Assembly: GCA_963812015.1 (NCBI GenBank)
Contig: CAWETI010000002.1
Span: forward strand, 736,001 to 800,000
Length of the DNA: 64,000 nucleotides
DNA from: an uncultured delta proteobacterium
Lineage (GTDB): Bacteria > Desulfobacterota > Desulfobaccia > Desulfobaccales > 0-14-0-80-60-11
Direction: 5' to 3'
Part shown: one piece after another, positions 47,734 through 56,523 of the stretch
How positions within the stretch are numbered: the first letter of the stretch is position 1
Layout: every line of letters begins with the position of its first letter
Notes under the pieces: generated by a model
The model's database searches: none
What the model saw: the letters and a program-made list of their open reading frames with translations, nothing else
Told to the model about the DNA's origin: nothing
Program-made: the position numbers and the translations under genes

Positions 47734-49398
47734 ATGGCCCTAAACCCGAGTAACCGCAAGAATGTCCCGGAAGCCCTTAGAATCGCCCTTAACCTGGCGA
47801 TGACCATCTTTGGTCTGGGCTTACTCTTTGCCCTTTTGGTGTGGCATTCTGGTCTATCGAGCCTCGACCTCTATGTCAACTCTTTCTACGTTCTCTATGT
47901 CAGGAATGAGCCGGTGGTATTTCTGCTGCTGTTCCTGGCTTTGTGGCTGGTGCGACCATATCTCTTGGGGGATGGGGTGCTGGCTGACTGGCCATCTCCC
48001 CTCAGCAGCGAAAGGCTGGCCAAAATTCCCTGGTTGTGGGTCATTGTCCCGGCGGCGGTACTCGTCGCCTGGCAGGGAGGCTCCCTGGTGTTGCACTGCT
48101 TTCCCTTGAGCAATGACGAATACCTGCCCCGTTTTCAGGCGCAAATCTTTGCGGCCGGCAAGATCAAGGCCTTTCTGCCCCCCGAGTTGAGAGAGTTCGG
48201 CAAGGCCCTGACGCCGATTTACGCAACTTTTGATCCCCAGGAAGGCACCTGGGTCAGCTCCTACCTGCCTATCTATGCCGGCCTACGGGCCGGGTTCCTG
48301 GCACTGGGAGTTGAGTCCTTGACCAGTCCAGCCCTGGCGGGGTTAAGCTTGGCGCTTATTGCTGGCGTGGCCCGCAGGCTCTGGCCCCAAGAGCCCCTGG
48401 CCCCCTTGGTAGCGGTCGTTCTCCTGGCCTCCTCCACCCAGTTTCTTATCACCTCCATGACCTCTTACGCCTATCCGGCGCATCTCTGCTTCAACCTGGC
48501 CTGGCTTTATTTCTATTGTCGCGGCGATGGGCTGGGAAATCTGGTGACTCCCTGGATCGGTTTTTTTGCCCTGGGTCTCCACAACCCATTTCCCCATGCC
48601 TTGTTTGTCACGCCATTCCTCCTGACCCTGGTTTTGCGGAGGAATTGGGGGCTCACCCTCTACTTCGGTTTGGTCTATGGCGCGGGTTGTATCCTGTGGT
48701 ATCTCTGGTGGACCCGCTTGGTTGTCCTTAACTTTTCCGACCTGAGCGCTATCCAGGTTCCCGGCCTTTATCAGTTGATAATCCAGCCCATGAATCTCTC
48801 CATGCTCTTTGCCTGGCAATCACTTGCCCTTACCGTCCTGACCTTCTTGTCTTTCATTTATTGGAAGGATCTTATGCCGTTTTTGAAGACTCTGGCCTTA
48901 GGCTGTCTGCTTACCCTCGGTTTTTTCTTTTTCGTTCCTGATCAGGTGTTGGGTTGGGGATATCGTTTCTTTTATGGGGTCCTGGGGAATCTTGTCTTGT
49001 TGGCAGTGGCCGGCTGGTTTTATCTCAAGGAAAGCCTGGGATTCAGAAAAGCCTGGGGGTTCTTCTTGCTCGGCACGGCTCTGGCGGTGCTGGTCCAGTT
49101 CCCCCTCCGGTGCCTGCAAGTGGAAAGCTTTATTAGGCCTTTTGCCAGATCGGCGCAATTTATTCAATCCCAGCCTTACTCCTTCGCCATCATTGATCAC
49201 ACGCAGGTGTGGTTTTCTCAGTTGCTGGTGCGTAATGACCCTTTTCTGCGCAATCATCCGAAGATCCTGTTCGCTCACTATTTAAACGAGGATCAATTGG
49301 CCAATTTAAGAACGCTGGGAACAGTCCATACCGTTAAGCCCGAAGAACTGGCCCACTTTGGCCTTCACCCCATCAAGCCTCGCCATGACTCCCCTTAA
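47734..49398 (+). CDS. Multi-pass membrane protein, probable GT-C glycosyltransferase (ArnT/PMT-like)
   Basis: SNDEY acidic motif in the first large loop followed by many TM helices and a GYRF motif. Confidence 0.65.
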   Translation: MALNPSNRKNVPEALRIALNLAMTIFGLGLLFALLVWHSGLSSLDLYVNSFYVLYVRNEPVVFLLLFLALWLVRPYLLGDGVLADWPSPLSSERLAKIPWLWVIVPAAVLVAWQGGSLVLHCFPLSNDEYLPRFQAQIFAAGKIKAFLPPELREFGKALTPIYATFDPQEGTWVSSYLPIYAGLRAGFLALGVESLTSPALAGLSLALIAGVARRLWPQEPLAPLVAVVLLASSTQFLITSMTSYAYPAHLCFNLAWLYFYCRGDGLGNLVTPWIGFFALGLHNPFPHALFVTPFLLTLVLRRNWGLTLYFGLVYGAGCILWYLWWTRLVVLNFSDLSAIQVPGLYQLIIQPMNLSMLFAWQSLALTVLTFLSFIYWKDLMPFLKTLALGCLLTLGFFFFVPDQVLGWGYRFFYGVLGNLVLLAVAGWFYLKESLGFRKAWGFFLLGTALAVLVQFPLRCLQVESFIRPFARSAQFIQSQPYSFAIIDHTQVWFSQLLVRNDPFLRNHPKILFAHYLNEDQLANLRTLGTVHTVKPEELAHFGLHPIKPRHDSP

Positions 49399-49597
49399 GG
49401 CATTACTTGACTGAACAAGGATGAGTTTCAATAGATCCTGGAAGGTCTATCAACTAGAAAATCGACTAACCAAACCGGATATAAAAATCAAAGGGAATAT
49501 CCTGGCGAGTGCAAAATGAAGAGAAAACGCCTCCAGAAGGAAGTTTATTTACCTAACGGAGGCCCTCAAATTGATAACGACCGTAAATCATCATGTA

Positions 49598-49897
49598 TTA
49601 TTCGAGCAATTCAAATTCTTCGACGATATAACAATCATTCTTTCCAGGTTTTTCTTGGCGAACTCGCACCGCCGCCTGCCGTTCTTCTAAGGAATCGAGC
49701 TCTTGCTGATTGAAGCCCCCAGGAGCCGACCATTCGTAAATCCCATATTTGATTGCCGTGTCACTGAACACTTTAAAATAAATGCTCTTGTATTCTTTAA
49801 ATGCGAGGTCGAGATATTGTACATCCTGGGGCCCACCAAGGCAAAAGACGTTGATGGATTCGATGATGCCGATAAGGGAATCAATTGTCCATTTCAT
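49598..49897 (-). CDS. Hypothetical protein or gene fragment (99 aa)
   Basis: AT-rich ORF starting 30 nt downstream of a repeat B copy; no recognisable motif. Confidence 0.35.
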   Translation of the reverse strand: MKWTIDSLIGIIESINVFCLGGPQDVQYLDLAFKEYKSIYFKVFSDTAIKYGIYEWSAPGGFNQQELDSLEERQAAVRVRQEKPGKNDCYIVEEFELLE

Positions 49898-49926
49898 ATG
49901 AAGCGGGAACTATAAAACAAAGGATC

Positions 49927-50080
49927 AACCGAGATTATGCGGCTACCTTAGCCACTGCAGTAAAATATGGTTTTGAGGATACCTCTTCCCGGGTATAAAC
50001 CCGGAAAATTTCCTCTTTCCTATCCAAATTGTCTTTTTGAAGGCATGATAGCATAAATTTCGCTGAAAAGTAATTTGCCC
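49927..50080 (-). repeat. Dispersed repeat family B, copy 1
   Basis: Reverse complement aligns with 56365-56520 and ends in GCCGCATAATCTCGGTT. Confidence 0.85.
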
Positions 50081-50234
50081 GAAAATTTTAAGTATACCTA
50101 ACCCTTAGAAACCCAGATACTTCTTCAAGCCTGGCTCGGTAACCTCGAAGCGCTGGCAACTCTCCCAAGCGACTCTCGGGAAGTGTAAGTTCTGCTATTA
50201 AAGCGCTCATCAAGAGGGTCTGGAAGTATTTCAC

Positions 50235-50290
50235 TATCCAGATCATAGCTGCAACTTTTCCGGGAGGGGATAATTGCCTGGTTTGGCAAG
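50235..50290 (+). repeat. Dispersed repeat family A, copy
   Basis: Near-identical to 47216-47267. Confidence 0.85.
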
Positions 50291-50524
50291 ATAGTTGGCA
50301 GAATCGTTTTATAGCCGAGCTCCTTCACTGCCCGGCGGTGGCGGGTGCATAGCGCTTCGGCCTTTCCCCTGGGCCACCATTATCAGGCGGTGCACTTCGC
50401 CTGCAAAAACTTTCCCAGGTCGCGCCGGTTTATTAAATCTTTAGGGTTAACTAGAAAAGGGCCGGCGATGCAGAGGTCTAAAAAGATATTAGGCGTCAAA
50501 ACAATTTTCCAAGGGAGAGTAATC

Positions 50525-50983
50525 ATGACAGGCAAATTCAATCTCAGGTTCAGAGCGCTCTGGATAATTTTGGGAGCGTTGTTCCTGCTGACATCTCTGC
50601 ATCTGGCCCAAGCCAAAGAAGGGCCCTGGGAGCGCATGAAGGAAAAGATAAAAATAACAAAGGAATTACATGACTTGAAGCTTACGCCAGATAAAGAAGC
50701 GGCATTGCTGGCCGTGGACCAAAAGTATGCCAAGGAGCGCAAAGATCTCGTGGCCGCCTTGAAAAAATATCGTGAAGATTTAACAACCGCCTTAGGTGAG
50801 GCCAACCCGGATGAGGCGAAGATTAAAGACCTGGTAAAGGCTAGCAACGCTGCTCAGGATAAACTTTTAATCTCTTTAAAAATGGAACGGGACGAGGCTA
50901 TGGCCCTGATGACCCCAATTCAGCAAGGGCAGCTTATTATGGTCATGGGTAATTGGTTCCAGGAAATGATTAAAAAGTCATAA
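50525..50983 (+). CDS. Periplasmic Spy/CpxP/heavy-metal-sensor-like helical protein
   Basis: Signal peptide, LKLTPDK and LMTPIQQ (LTxxQ-like) motifs, NPDEAKI. Confidence 0.7.
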   Translation: MTGKFNLRFRALWIILGALFLLTSLHLAQAKEGPWERMKEKIKITKELHDLKLTPDKEAALLAVDQKYAKERKDLVAALKKYREDLTTALGEANPDEAKIKDLVKASNAAQDKLLISLKMERDEAMALMTPIQQGQLIMVMGNWFQEMIKKS

Positions 50984-51239
50984 GACGCAAAAAAAGCCAA
51001 AAATAGCATCGTTATCGGGAAGGCTCAGCCTATTGGTTAAAAGTTCTGGATGCGGAGGGGTGCATCAAGGATGTTGGGGAAAAGGGAACCCTTGGTCTTG
51101 CTGTCTTGATGAGGTAGGCTTCCAGGGCCCAAACCAGGGGCAGTGACCAGCATAATAAACGGGACCCGCCATTAAATCAAATCTTGCGGGGAACCTGGCT
51201 CTCACTCCGGTTCCGATCTTTTACACAAGGAAGGATTTA

Positions 51240-51308
51240 ATGATGCCAAAATTAATTTATGTCGTACTGGCCGTGCTGAGCTATGTCATGCTCATTCTGC
51301 TGAGATGA
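51240..51308 (+). CDS. Putative 22-aa hydrophobic peptide MMPKLIYVVLAVLSYVMLILLR
   Basis: SD AAGGAAGG upstream; single TM-like stretch. Confidence 0.4.
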   Translation: MMPKLIYVVLAVLSYVMLILLR

Positions 51309-51500
51309 TGGGGGTAGTGTAAAATCGATTGCATGAATTTCTGAGGGTATAAGGAAAGACATATTTCCCATAGACTGGCGGTTGGCCAAAGCATACTATG
51401 GGTATACGCGGACGGCTTCCTTGACGTCAGGATCTCTGATAACTCCTTAAAAGCCAGGTGTACAGGGAAAGTGCAGCACCATGAAGGATCATAACGCTTC

Positions 51501-52466
51501 GTGAAGGTGTTCGGCATGTGGGGACGCAAAGGCCTGATCGTTGCGGGGTTTTTTGGTCTGCTTCTCGTGGGAGCTATCACGCTGGCTTTTTGGGCGTACG
51601 CACGCGATCCGCTCTTGTCCCTCCCCCCGCCAGAACACGGGTTGAAGGCAGAGCGGACGACTCTTTCTGCGCCCGATCACCGTCATTTTGAGCGCATCAC
51701 GCTGCACGGGAACACGCTTGGCAATATCGCCTTCACCCTCAGCCTGCCCGATCCGCTTCCCCCCCAAAAAATACCGGTCGTTCTGGTGATGGGCGGCCTT
51801 GTCACGGGTGAAGACAGCATCCGCTATATAAAGGACGCCGGAGATAACGCCATCGTTGGCTACGCCTGGCCGATACCGGTTCGCCTTCACGGAATTAGCG
51901 CCTTTATGCTGCAAGCGCCTGGTCTCTACCACAACGTTATGGCGATACCAGGACAGGTGGCCTCAGCCCTACATTGGCTGATTGAACAACCTTGGGCCGA
52001 TGCGGGACGTATTAGTCTGCTTGGCTTTTCCCAGGGAGCCTTGGCCGTCCCTTCCGTGCAGGACATCGCCGTGAATAATGGAACCCGCGTCGGCTGGACT
52101 ATCATCGCCTATGGCGGTGCGCCTCTCGGTGCGCTCCTCGCCGCTAACCCGCACATGAAACCGACCTGGCTGCGCGTAGCCATGGCACCTTTGGTGGATC
52201 TTGTGTTTCATTCCCTGGAACCCACCGTCCATCTTCCACGTCTATCCGGCAAATTTCTGGTGCTTGAAGGGCGGGACGACAATCTGATCCCCGAAGCGGC
52301 TCGCAACCTCTTGCGGGAGGCAGTACCGGAGCCGAAAACCGTCGTCACTTTTGAGGGCAATCACATGGGCGTAGGGCCGGACAAGATGGCTCTGCTCCAG
52401 AAAATTATTGAAACCAGCAAAAAGTGGCTGATCGAAAACGGCGCCATCAACCACGGCCCTGATTAA
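51501..52466 (+). CDS. Alpha/beta-hydrolase-fold protein with N-terminal membrane anchor
   Basis: GFSQG nucleophile elbow, GRDD acid, GNHM His. Confidence 0.75.
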   Translation: MKVFGMWGRKGLIVAGFFGLLLVGAITLAFWAYARDPLLSLPPPEHGLKAERTTLSAPDHRHFERITLHGNTLGNIAFTLSLPDPLPPQKIPVVLVMGGLVTGEDSIRYIKDAGDNAIVGYAWPIPVRLHGISAFMLQAPGLYHNVMAIPGQVASALHWLIEQPWADAGRISLLGFSQGALAVPSVQDIAVNNGTRVGWTIIAYGGAPLGALLAANPHMKPTWLRVAMAPLVDLVFHSLEPTVHLPRLSGKFLVLEGRDDNLIPEAARNLLREAVPEPKTVVTFEGNHMGVGPDKMALLQKIIETSKKWLIENGAINHGPD

Positions 52467-52560
52467 GCCCCACTTTCCCCCTCCCTCGGGGATGCAAAGC
52501 GGGTCTCCTCCCAGTGCTCAATCACATAGCTATCTCAAAGTGTTGCTAACTGCTATAAAA

Positions 52561-52770
52561 GGAAACTTATCAACTTCCGGAAAATTCAAACTATCCTGAT
52601 CATATCTTCACTTTTTGGCATGCAGAATCTCTTTAGTTCACCCCCAGTGTCCTGGCTTCCTCTTCCCGCCGGCAGCTGACATCATCCTCCCCACAAATGC
52701 CCTTGGAAGATATGCAGATCATATCCGTAGTTTTTGCCGGATAGTTGATAAGTGAAGGTTTTGGCGAGTT
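52561..52770. repeat. Repeat family A: inverted partial copy (52561-52609) and long copy (52651-52770)
   Basis: CCTCCCCACAAATGCC...AAGATAT.CAGATCATAT...GATAAGTGA..GTTTTGGC shared with 55967-56060 and 63938-64000. Confidence 0.75.
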
Positions 52771-52867
52771 ATAGAAACTTTCGTATCATAGATTTTCGCT
52801 TTCCCTTTGGCAAACCATCTTTGGCTTGACTTGACCCCCATCCTAACTTAAAACTTGGTACAACTAC

Positions 52868-53110
52868 TGGGCGCAGGTCAATACCGTGACGCACGCCTTC
52901 CATGAAACTGCCACCAGGGCGGGCCTGAAGTGCCGGCTGCATGATCTGAGGCATACCTACGCCTCACATAAGGCCATGGCCGGCGTTGACCTCTATACGC
53001 TCAAGGAGCTGCTCGGGCACAAGGACATAAAGGCCACGCAGATATATGCTCACCTGTCGGCCAAGCATCTCAAAAAGGCCGCCGGCGAGGGCGTGGCGGG
53101 AGGGGATTGA
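52868..53110 (+). pseudogene. C-terminal fragment of a tyrosine recombinase/integrase
   Basis: LHDLRHTYAS, LLGH, TQIYAH catalytic motifs; in-frame stop at 52844-52846 so the N-terminal part is missing. Confidence 0.88.
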
Positions 53111-53138
53111 TGGAAAAATTAGTGGGAGGAAAAAAGCC

Positions 53139-53960
53139 ATGATTAATTTTCAGCCGGTTGATGTTTGTGGAAAAACCATAGACCACGTTTGGTTTCAACT
53201 TCTCAAGCAAGTTTTAATTTATGGACGCCCTTATAAGAAAGACGAAGGCTCTTTTGCTGGTGAGGAAATGCTTGAACTTGACAGGGTGAGCGGAACAATT
53301 TTTGAGCCTCTGCAATATAATGTGTCTGGAATTCGTAAGCCTCTGGCTGTAACTGTTCCTGGTGGGGTTGATGCCCCCACTACGGATGAGTACATTGAGA
53401 AGTATTTTGTGGAATATTTGATGGACTCAAACCTGCCCCAAACTGAGCATTATCGTTATTCAACCTTTATTACCGGAGGCCGTTATACTCTGCCCAAATT
53501 GGATTTTTTTATTCCAGACCGGCCTTCTTGGTATTCATTGGATGAGGTTATTGTGAGAGTGCCTAATCAAATTCAATGGTGCATTGACCACTATAAGACC
53601 AAGGGATTTCACAACAATCATTGCCTCATTCAGCTGGGCTATCCAGAATCAAACCTGGCCTATGATAAGCCGTTTGAAGATGAAACTGAACGTGGAACCA
53701 GCCCATGTTTGCGTCTTATCGACACCAAGATAGTGAAGGATTCAGACGGAGAGTTTTACCTTTGTTTTTATGTAACTTTCCGGTCTTGGAATTTGTGGGG
53801 TGGATGGCCAACCAATATTGGCGGTTTAGCCCTTCTCATGGAGTATATGGCCCACGAACTTGCAGTTAATCCTGGGCCATTGAGTTTCAATTCCAAAGCC
53901 ATGAACATTTATAAATTTCAACTCACTTCTTTAATGAATCGGGTGGGAACTGTGGAGTAG
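53139..53960 (+). CDS. Divergent thymidylate synthase (ThyA-fold) protein
   Basis: SPCLRLID catalytic Cys, FRSWNLWGGWPTN, SKAMNIY; SD GGGAGG; AT-rich. Confidence 0.8.
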   Translation: MINFQPVDVCGKTIDHVWFQLLKQVLIYGRPYKKDEGSFAGEEMLELDRVSGTIFEPLQYNVSGIRKPLAVTVPGGVDAPTTDEYIEKYFVEYLMDSNLPQTEHYRYSTFITGGRYTLPKLDFFIPDRPSWYSLDEVIVRVPNQIQWCIDHYKTKGFHNNHCLIQLGYPESNLAYDKPFEDETERGTSPCLRLIDTKIVKDSDGEFYLCFYVTFRSWNLWGGWPTNIGGLALLMEYMAHELAVNPGPLSFNSKAMNIYKFQLTSLMNRVGTVE

Positions 53961-53992
53961 GGAGGGACAATAAACCGGCTTTTGCGCCCAAA

Positions 53993-54325
53993 ATGCGCCC
54001 AGGCAGCCTGAAGACCCCGCAGCAAGAAGTCTACTACCGGAAAGCTGCGAGGCTCTATAAGCACGGGGTCACAATTCCGCTGATTCTGGTGGGCGGCATC
54101 CGCTCCTATGGGGTGGCAAAGAAGTTAGTCCGGGATGGAAAGGCTGACTACATTTCCATGAGCCGCCCCCTCATTTGCGAGCCAGGGCTCGTCAAGCGCT
54201 GGCGGGAGGGTGACCGCCGCAAAGCGGAATGTGTTTCAGACAATGCATGCTTTGCACCTGCATTGGACGGTAGGGGCATTTACTGCGTGACGATGGCCAA
54301 GAAGCCGAGCAGGACCAGCCAATAG
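53993..54325 (+). pseudogene. C-terminal fragment of NADH:flavin oxidoreductase (Old Yellow Enzyme family)
   Basis: PLILVGGIRS, ADYISMSRPLICEP, CVSDNAC; only about 100 aa. Confidence 0.85.
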
Positions 54326-54332
54326 TGGGGCA

Positions 54333-54367
54333 TTGACAGCGGTGGCAGAAGCTGCCGCATAATCTCG
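54333..54367 (+). repeat. Dispersed repeat family B, truncated copy 2
   Basis: TTGACAGCGGTGGCAGAAGCTGCCGCATAATCTCG. Confidence 0.7.
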
Positions 54368-54393
54368 CATATCACTATCGAGGATATCATACC

Positions 54394-55020
54394 ATGGACC
54401 AAAACGATGGATTCATCCTGGAGGTTTTCTCCGATTACGTCTGACCCTGGTGCTACTTCATCACCGGGCGTGTTGAAAGGCTAAAGGAAGAGCACGAGAT
54501 AGAGATCAGGTGGATTGCCTTCCCCCTTCATCCGGAAACACCGGAAGAGGGCTTGAGCCTCGAGGAGCTTTTCAAGGGACGGGGAATAGATCTCCCTTCG
54601 TCCATGGAGCATCTGAAGAAAGTCGCTGCCGAGTTGGGACTTCCCTGGGGTATGCGCACGAGAACCTACAATAGCCGCCGGGCGCAAGAACTCGGGAAAT
54701 GGGCTGAGGCATTGGGCAAAGGGGTTGAGTTTCACATGGCTGTATTTCAGGCATACTTCGCTGATGGAAGGAACATCGCCGATATTTCGGTCTTGAAAGA
54801 GATCGCCGGGGCAATTGGCCTTGATGGCCGAATGGCGGAACAGGCCTTGACTGAGAGGACTTTCAAGGAAGCAGTAGACCGTGACTGGGATTATTCCCGC
54901 ACCTGCGGCATTACAGCAGTTCCAACTTTCATGGTTGATGGGCGGAAAGTGGTCGGCGCCCAGCCTTACCAGGCTCTTGAAGACCTTGTAAGAGCCGCGG
55001 GGGGGAATATGCGGAAATGA
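54394..55020 (+). CDS. DsbA/FrnE-like oxidoreductase with in-frame UGA (UPWC, probable selenocysteine)
   Basis: ATG 54394 reads MDQNDGFILEVFSDYV-TGA-PWCYF...WIAFPLHPETP in frame with ORF 54553..55020 (GITAVPTF, GAQPY). Confidence 0.88.
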
Positions 55021-55242
55021 TGGGCGCAGTATAGTATCTCGGGTTCTCTCCGACAAGCTTCACTTGGATGTGGTCTTTAGCCATGTGCCCTTCGATGATG
55101 CTAAACATATTGTAGATAAGCTGAGGTTAGCTGCAATCCATACACAACCCGGTTTCGGCGCAGGAGATGGCCGCCTCTTGCCACCTCCGGCTCAGATAAC
55201 CTGGCTCACAAAAGAGGAAAACTTCTTAGAGAGATAGTCATC

Positions 55243-55788
55243 ATGAACGAGCTCCCTTTATCTAAGGCATACTGCTTCATTGAGCCAGGTCCGGTCGTGC
55301 TGGTGACGACCGCGAATGAGGAACGCGCTAACATCATGACGATGAGCTGGCACATGGTGATGGATTTTACCCCATTGATCGGCTGCATCATTGGCCCCTG
55401 GGATTACAGCTTCACGGCGTTGAGTACAACTAGAGAATGCGTGATCGCAATTCCTACGGTTGATCTTGCATCCAAGGTGGTCGAAATCGGCAACTGTTCG
55501 GGTGATGAGATCGATAAGTTTAATGCCTTTGGCCTGACCCCGATGCCAGCCCAAAAGGTCAAGCCGCCGCTCGTGGCCGAGTGTCTCGTCAATCTCGAAT
55601 GCCAGGTAGCAGATACCAGCATGGTTGATAAGTACAATCTCTTCATCCTGGAAGTGGTCAAGGCCTGGACCGATCCAGAGCGCGAGGAACGCCGGACGAT
55701 CCACCACAATGGGGATGGTACCTTCGTTGTCGATGGCAGGACCATCAATCTAAAGGAGAAGATGGTAAAATGGCAGGTTCACCTCTAA
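55243..55788 (+). CDS. Flavin reductase family protein (FMN-binding split barrel)
   Basis: PGPVVLVTT, NIMTMSW, GNCSG..DKF, ECLVNLEC. Confidence 0.88.
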   Translation: MNELPLSKAYCFIEPGPVVLVTTANEERANIMTMSWHMVMDFTPLIGCIIGPWDYSFTALSTTRECVIAIPTVDLASKVVEIGNCSGDEIDKFNAFGLTPMPAQKVKPPLVAECLVNLECQVADTSMVDKYNLFILEVVKAWTDPEREERRTIHHNGDGTFVVDGRTINLKEKMVKWQVHL

Positions 55789-55966
55789 CCAAGCAGGCTA
55801 TCGAGGACCAGATTCCGGATCATGGGACGTGCGATGTTGCTGCTATGACTATGAACTTATTACCGAACAAATAAACACTTAATCTCCAAAGCATATCGAC
55901 TCTTTTCGACCTGATGGCTCCATAGCTTTCCCGCCCATAATCGACCCTCTTTCAAACGTGAGCACT

Positions 55967-56060
55967 TGAAATCTTCCTCCCCACAAATGCCAGGACAAGA
56001 TATTCAGATCATATATGTAATTTTTGACTGCCTGATGATAAGTGAGAGGTTTGGCAAGTT
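55967..56060 (+). repeat. Dispersed repeat family A, long copy
   Basis: Aligns with 52677-52770. Confidence 0.8.
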
Positions 56061-56081
56061 ATTCACCATATCATAGTTGAT

Positions 56082-56158
56082 AAAACCCGGATGGGTTGAG
56101 AGGCTGACGTCCGGAACTGTGAGGGCGTTGGGGTGAGATTCCCCCACGCTACTTGACT
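56082..56158 (+). mobile_element. Degenerate group II intron 3' end (domains V-VI)
   Basis: CCGGATG...ACGTCCGG-AACTGTGAGGGCGTTGGGGTGAGATTCCCCCACGCTACTTGACT matches DV/DVI architecture; no RT ORF nearby. Confidence 0.75.
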
Positions 56159-56364
56159 CGAAAATTCCTACAGTTGGAATTACTGATAAGTCGGCTGATA
56201 AAGACTGAGGTCAGAGTCTCTTATCATTATTCTGCAGTGGCATGTCCATGTGACCTCTGCCTTTCGCCTGGCTCACCGCTACAGGGCGGTGCTTGCCTGG
56301 GGTCCTTAGGCTTATCAGCCAGATGGCATCTGGTCGCCGAGGGATTTTTATGCCCGAACTCTGT

Positions 56365-56520
56365 GGAAAATTGACTTTTCGCTTAAATTTGCGCTATCAT
56401 GCCCTCTACGAGAAAATTTGGCTTCGAGAAGAGGACCGTTTGGGGGATTTTCCCCGGGCCAAGAGGCCCTAAAAACCATTTTTAGACTGCGGTGACCCAG
56501 ATTGCCGCATAATCTCGGTT
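56365..56520 (+). repeat. Dispersed repeat family B, copy 3 (contains TTGACT-N18-TATCAT)
   Basis: Aligns with reverse complement of 49927-50080; ends 3 nt before the autotransporter ATG. Confidence 0.85.
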
Positions 56521-56523
56521 AAT

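Noticed and set aside
51371..51405. Possible fourth repeat B copy (TAGACTGGCGGT...GCATACTATGGGT) upstream of the hydrolase
   Set aside because: Similarity too short and gapped to support by eye
51521..51535. GGGACGCAAAG resembling a c-di-GMP-I riboswitch
   Set aside because: No upstream GGCAAAC/GAAA stem and it lies in coding sequence
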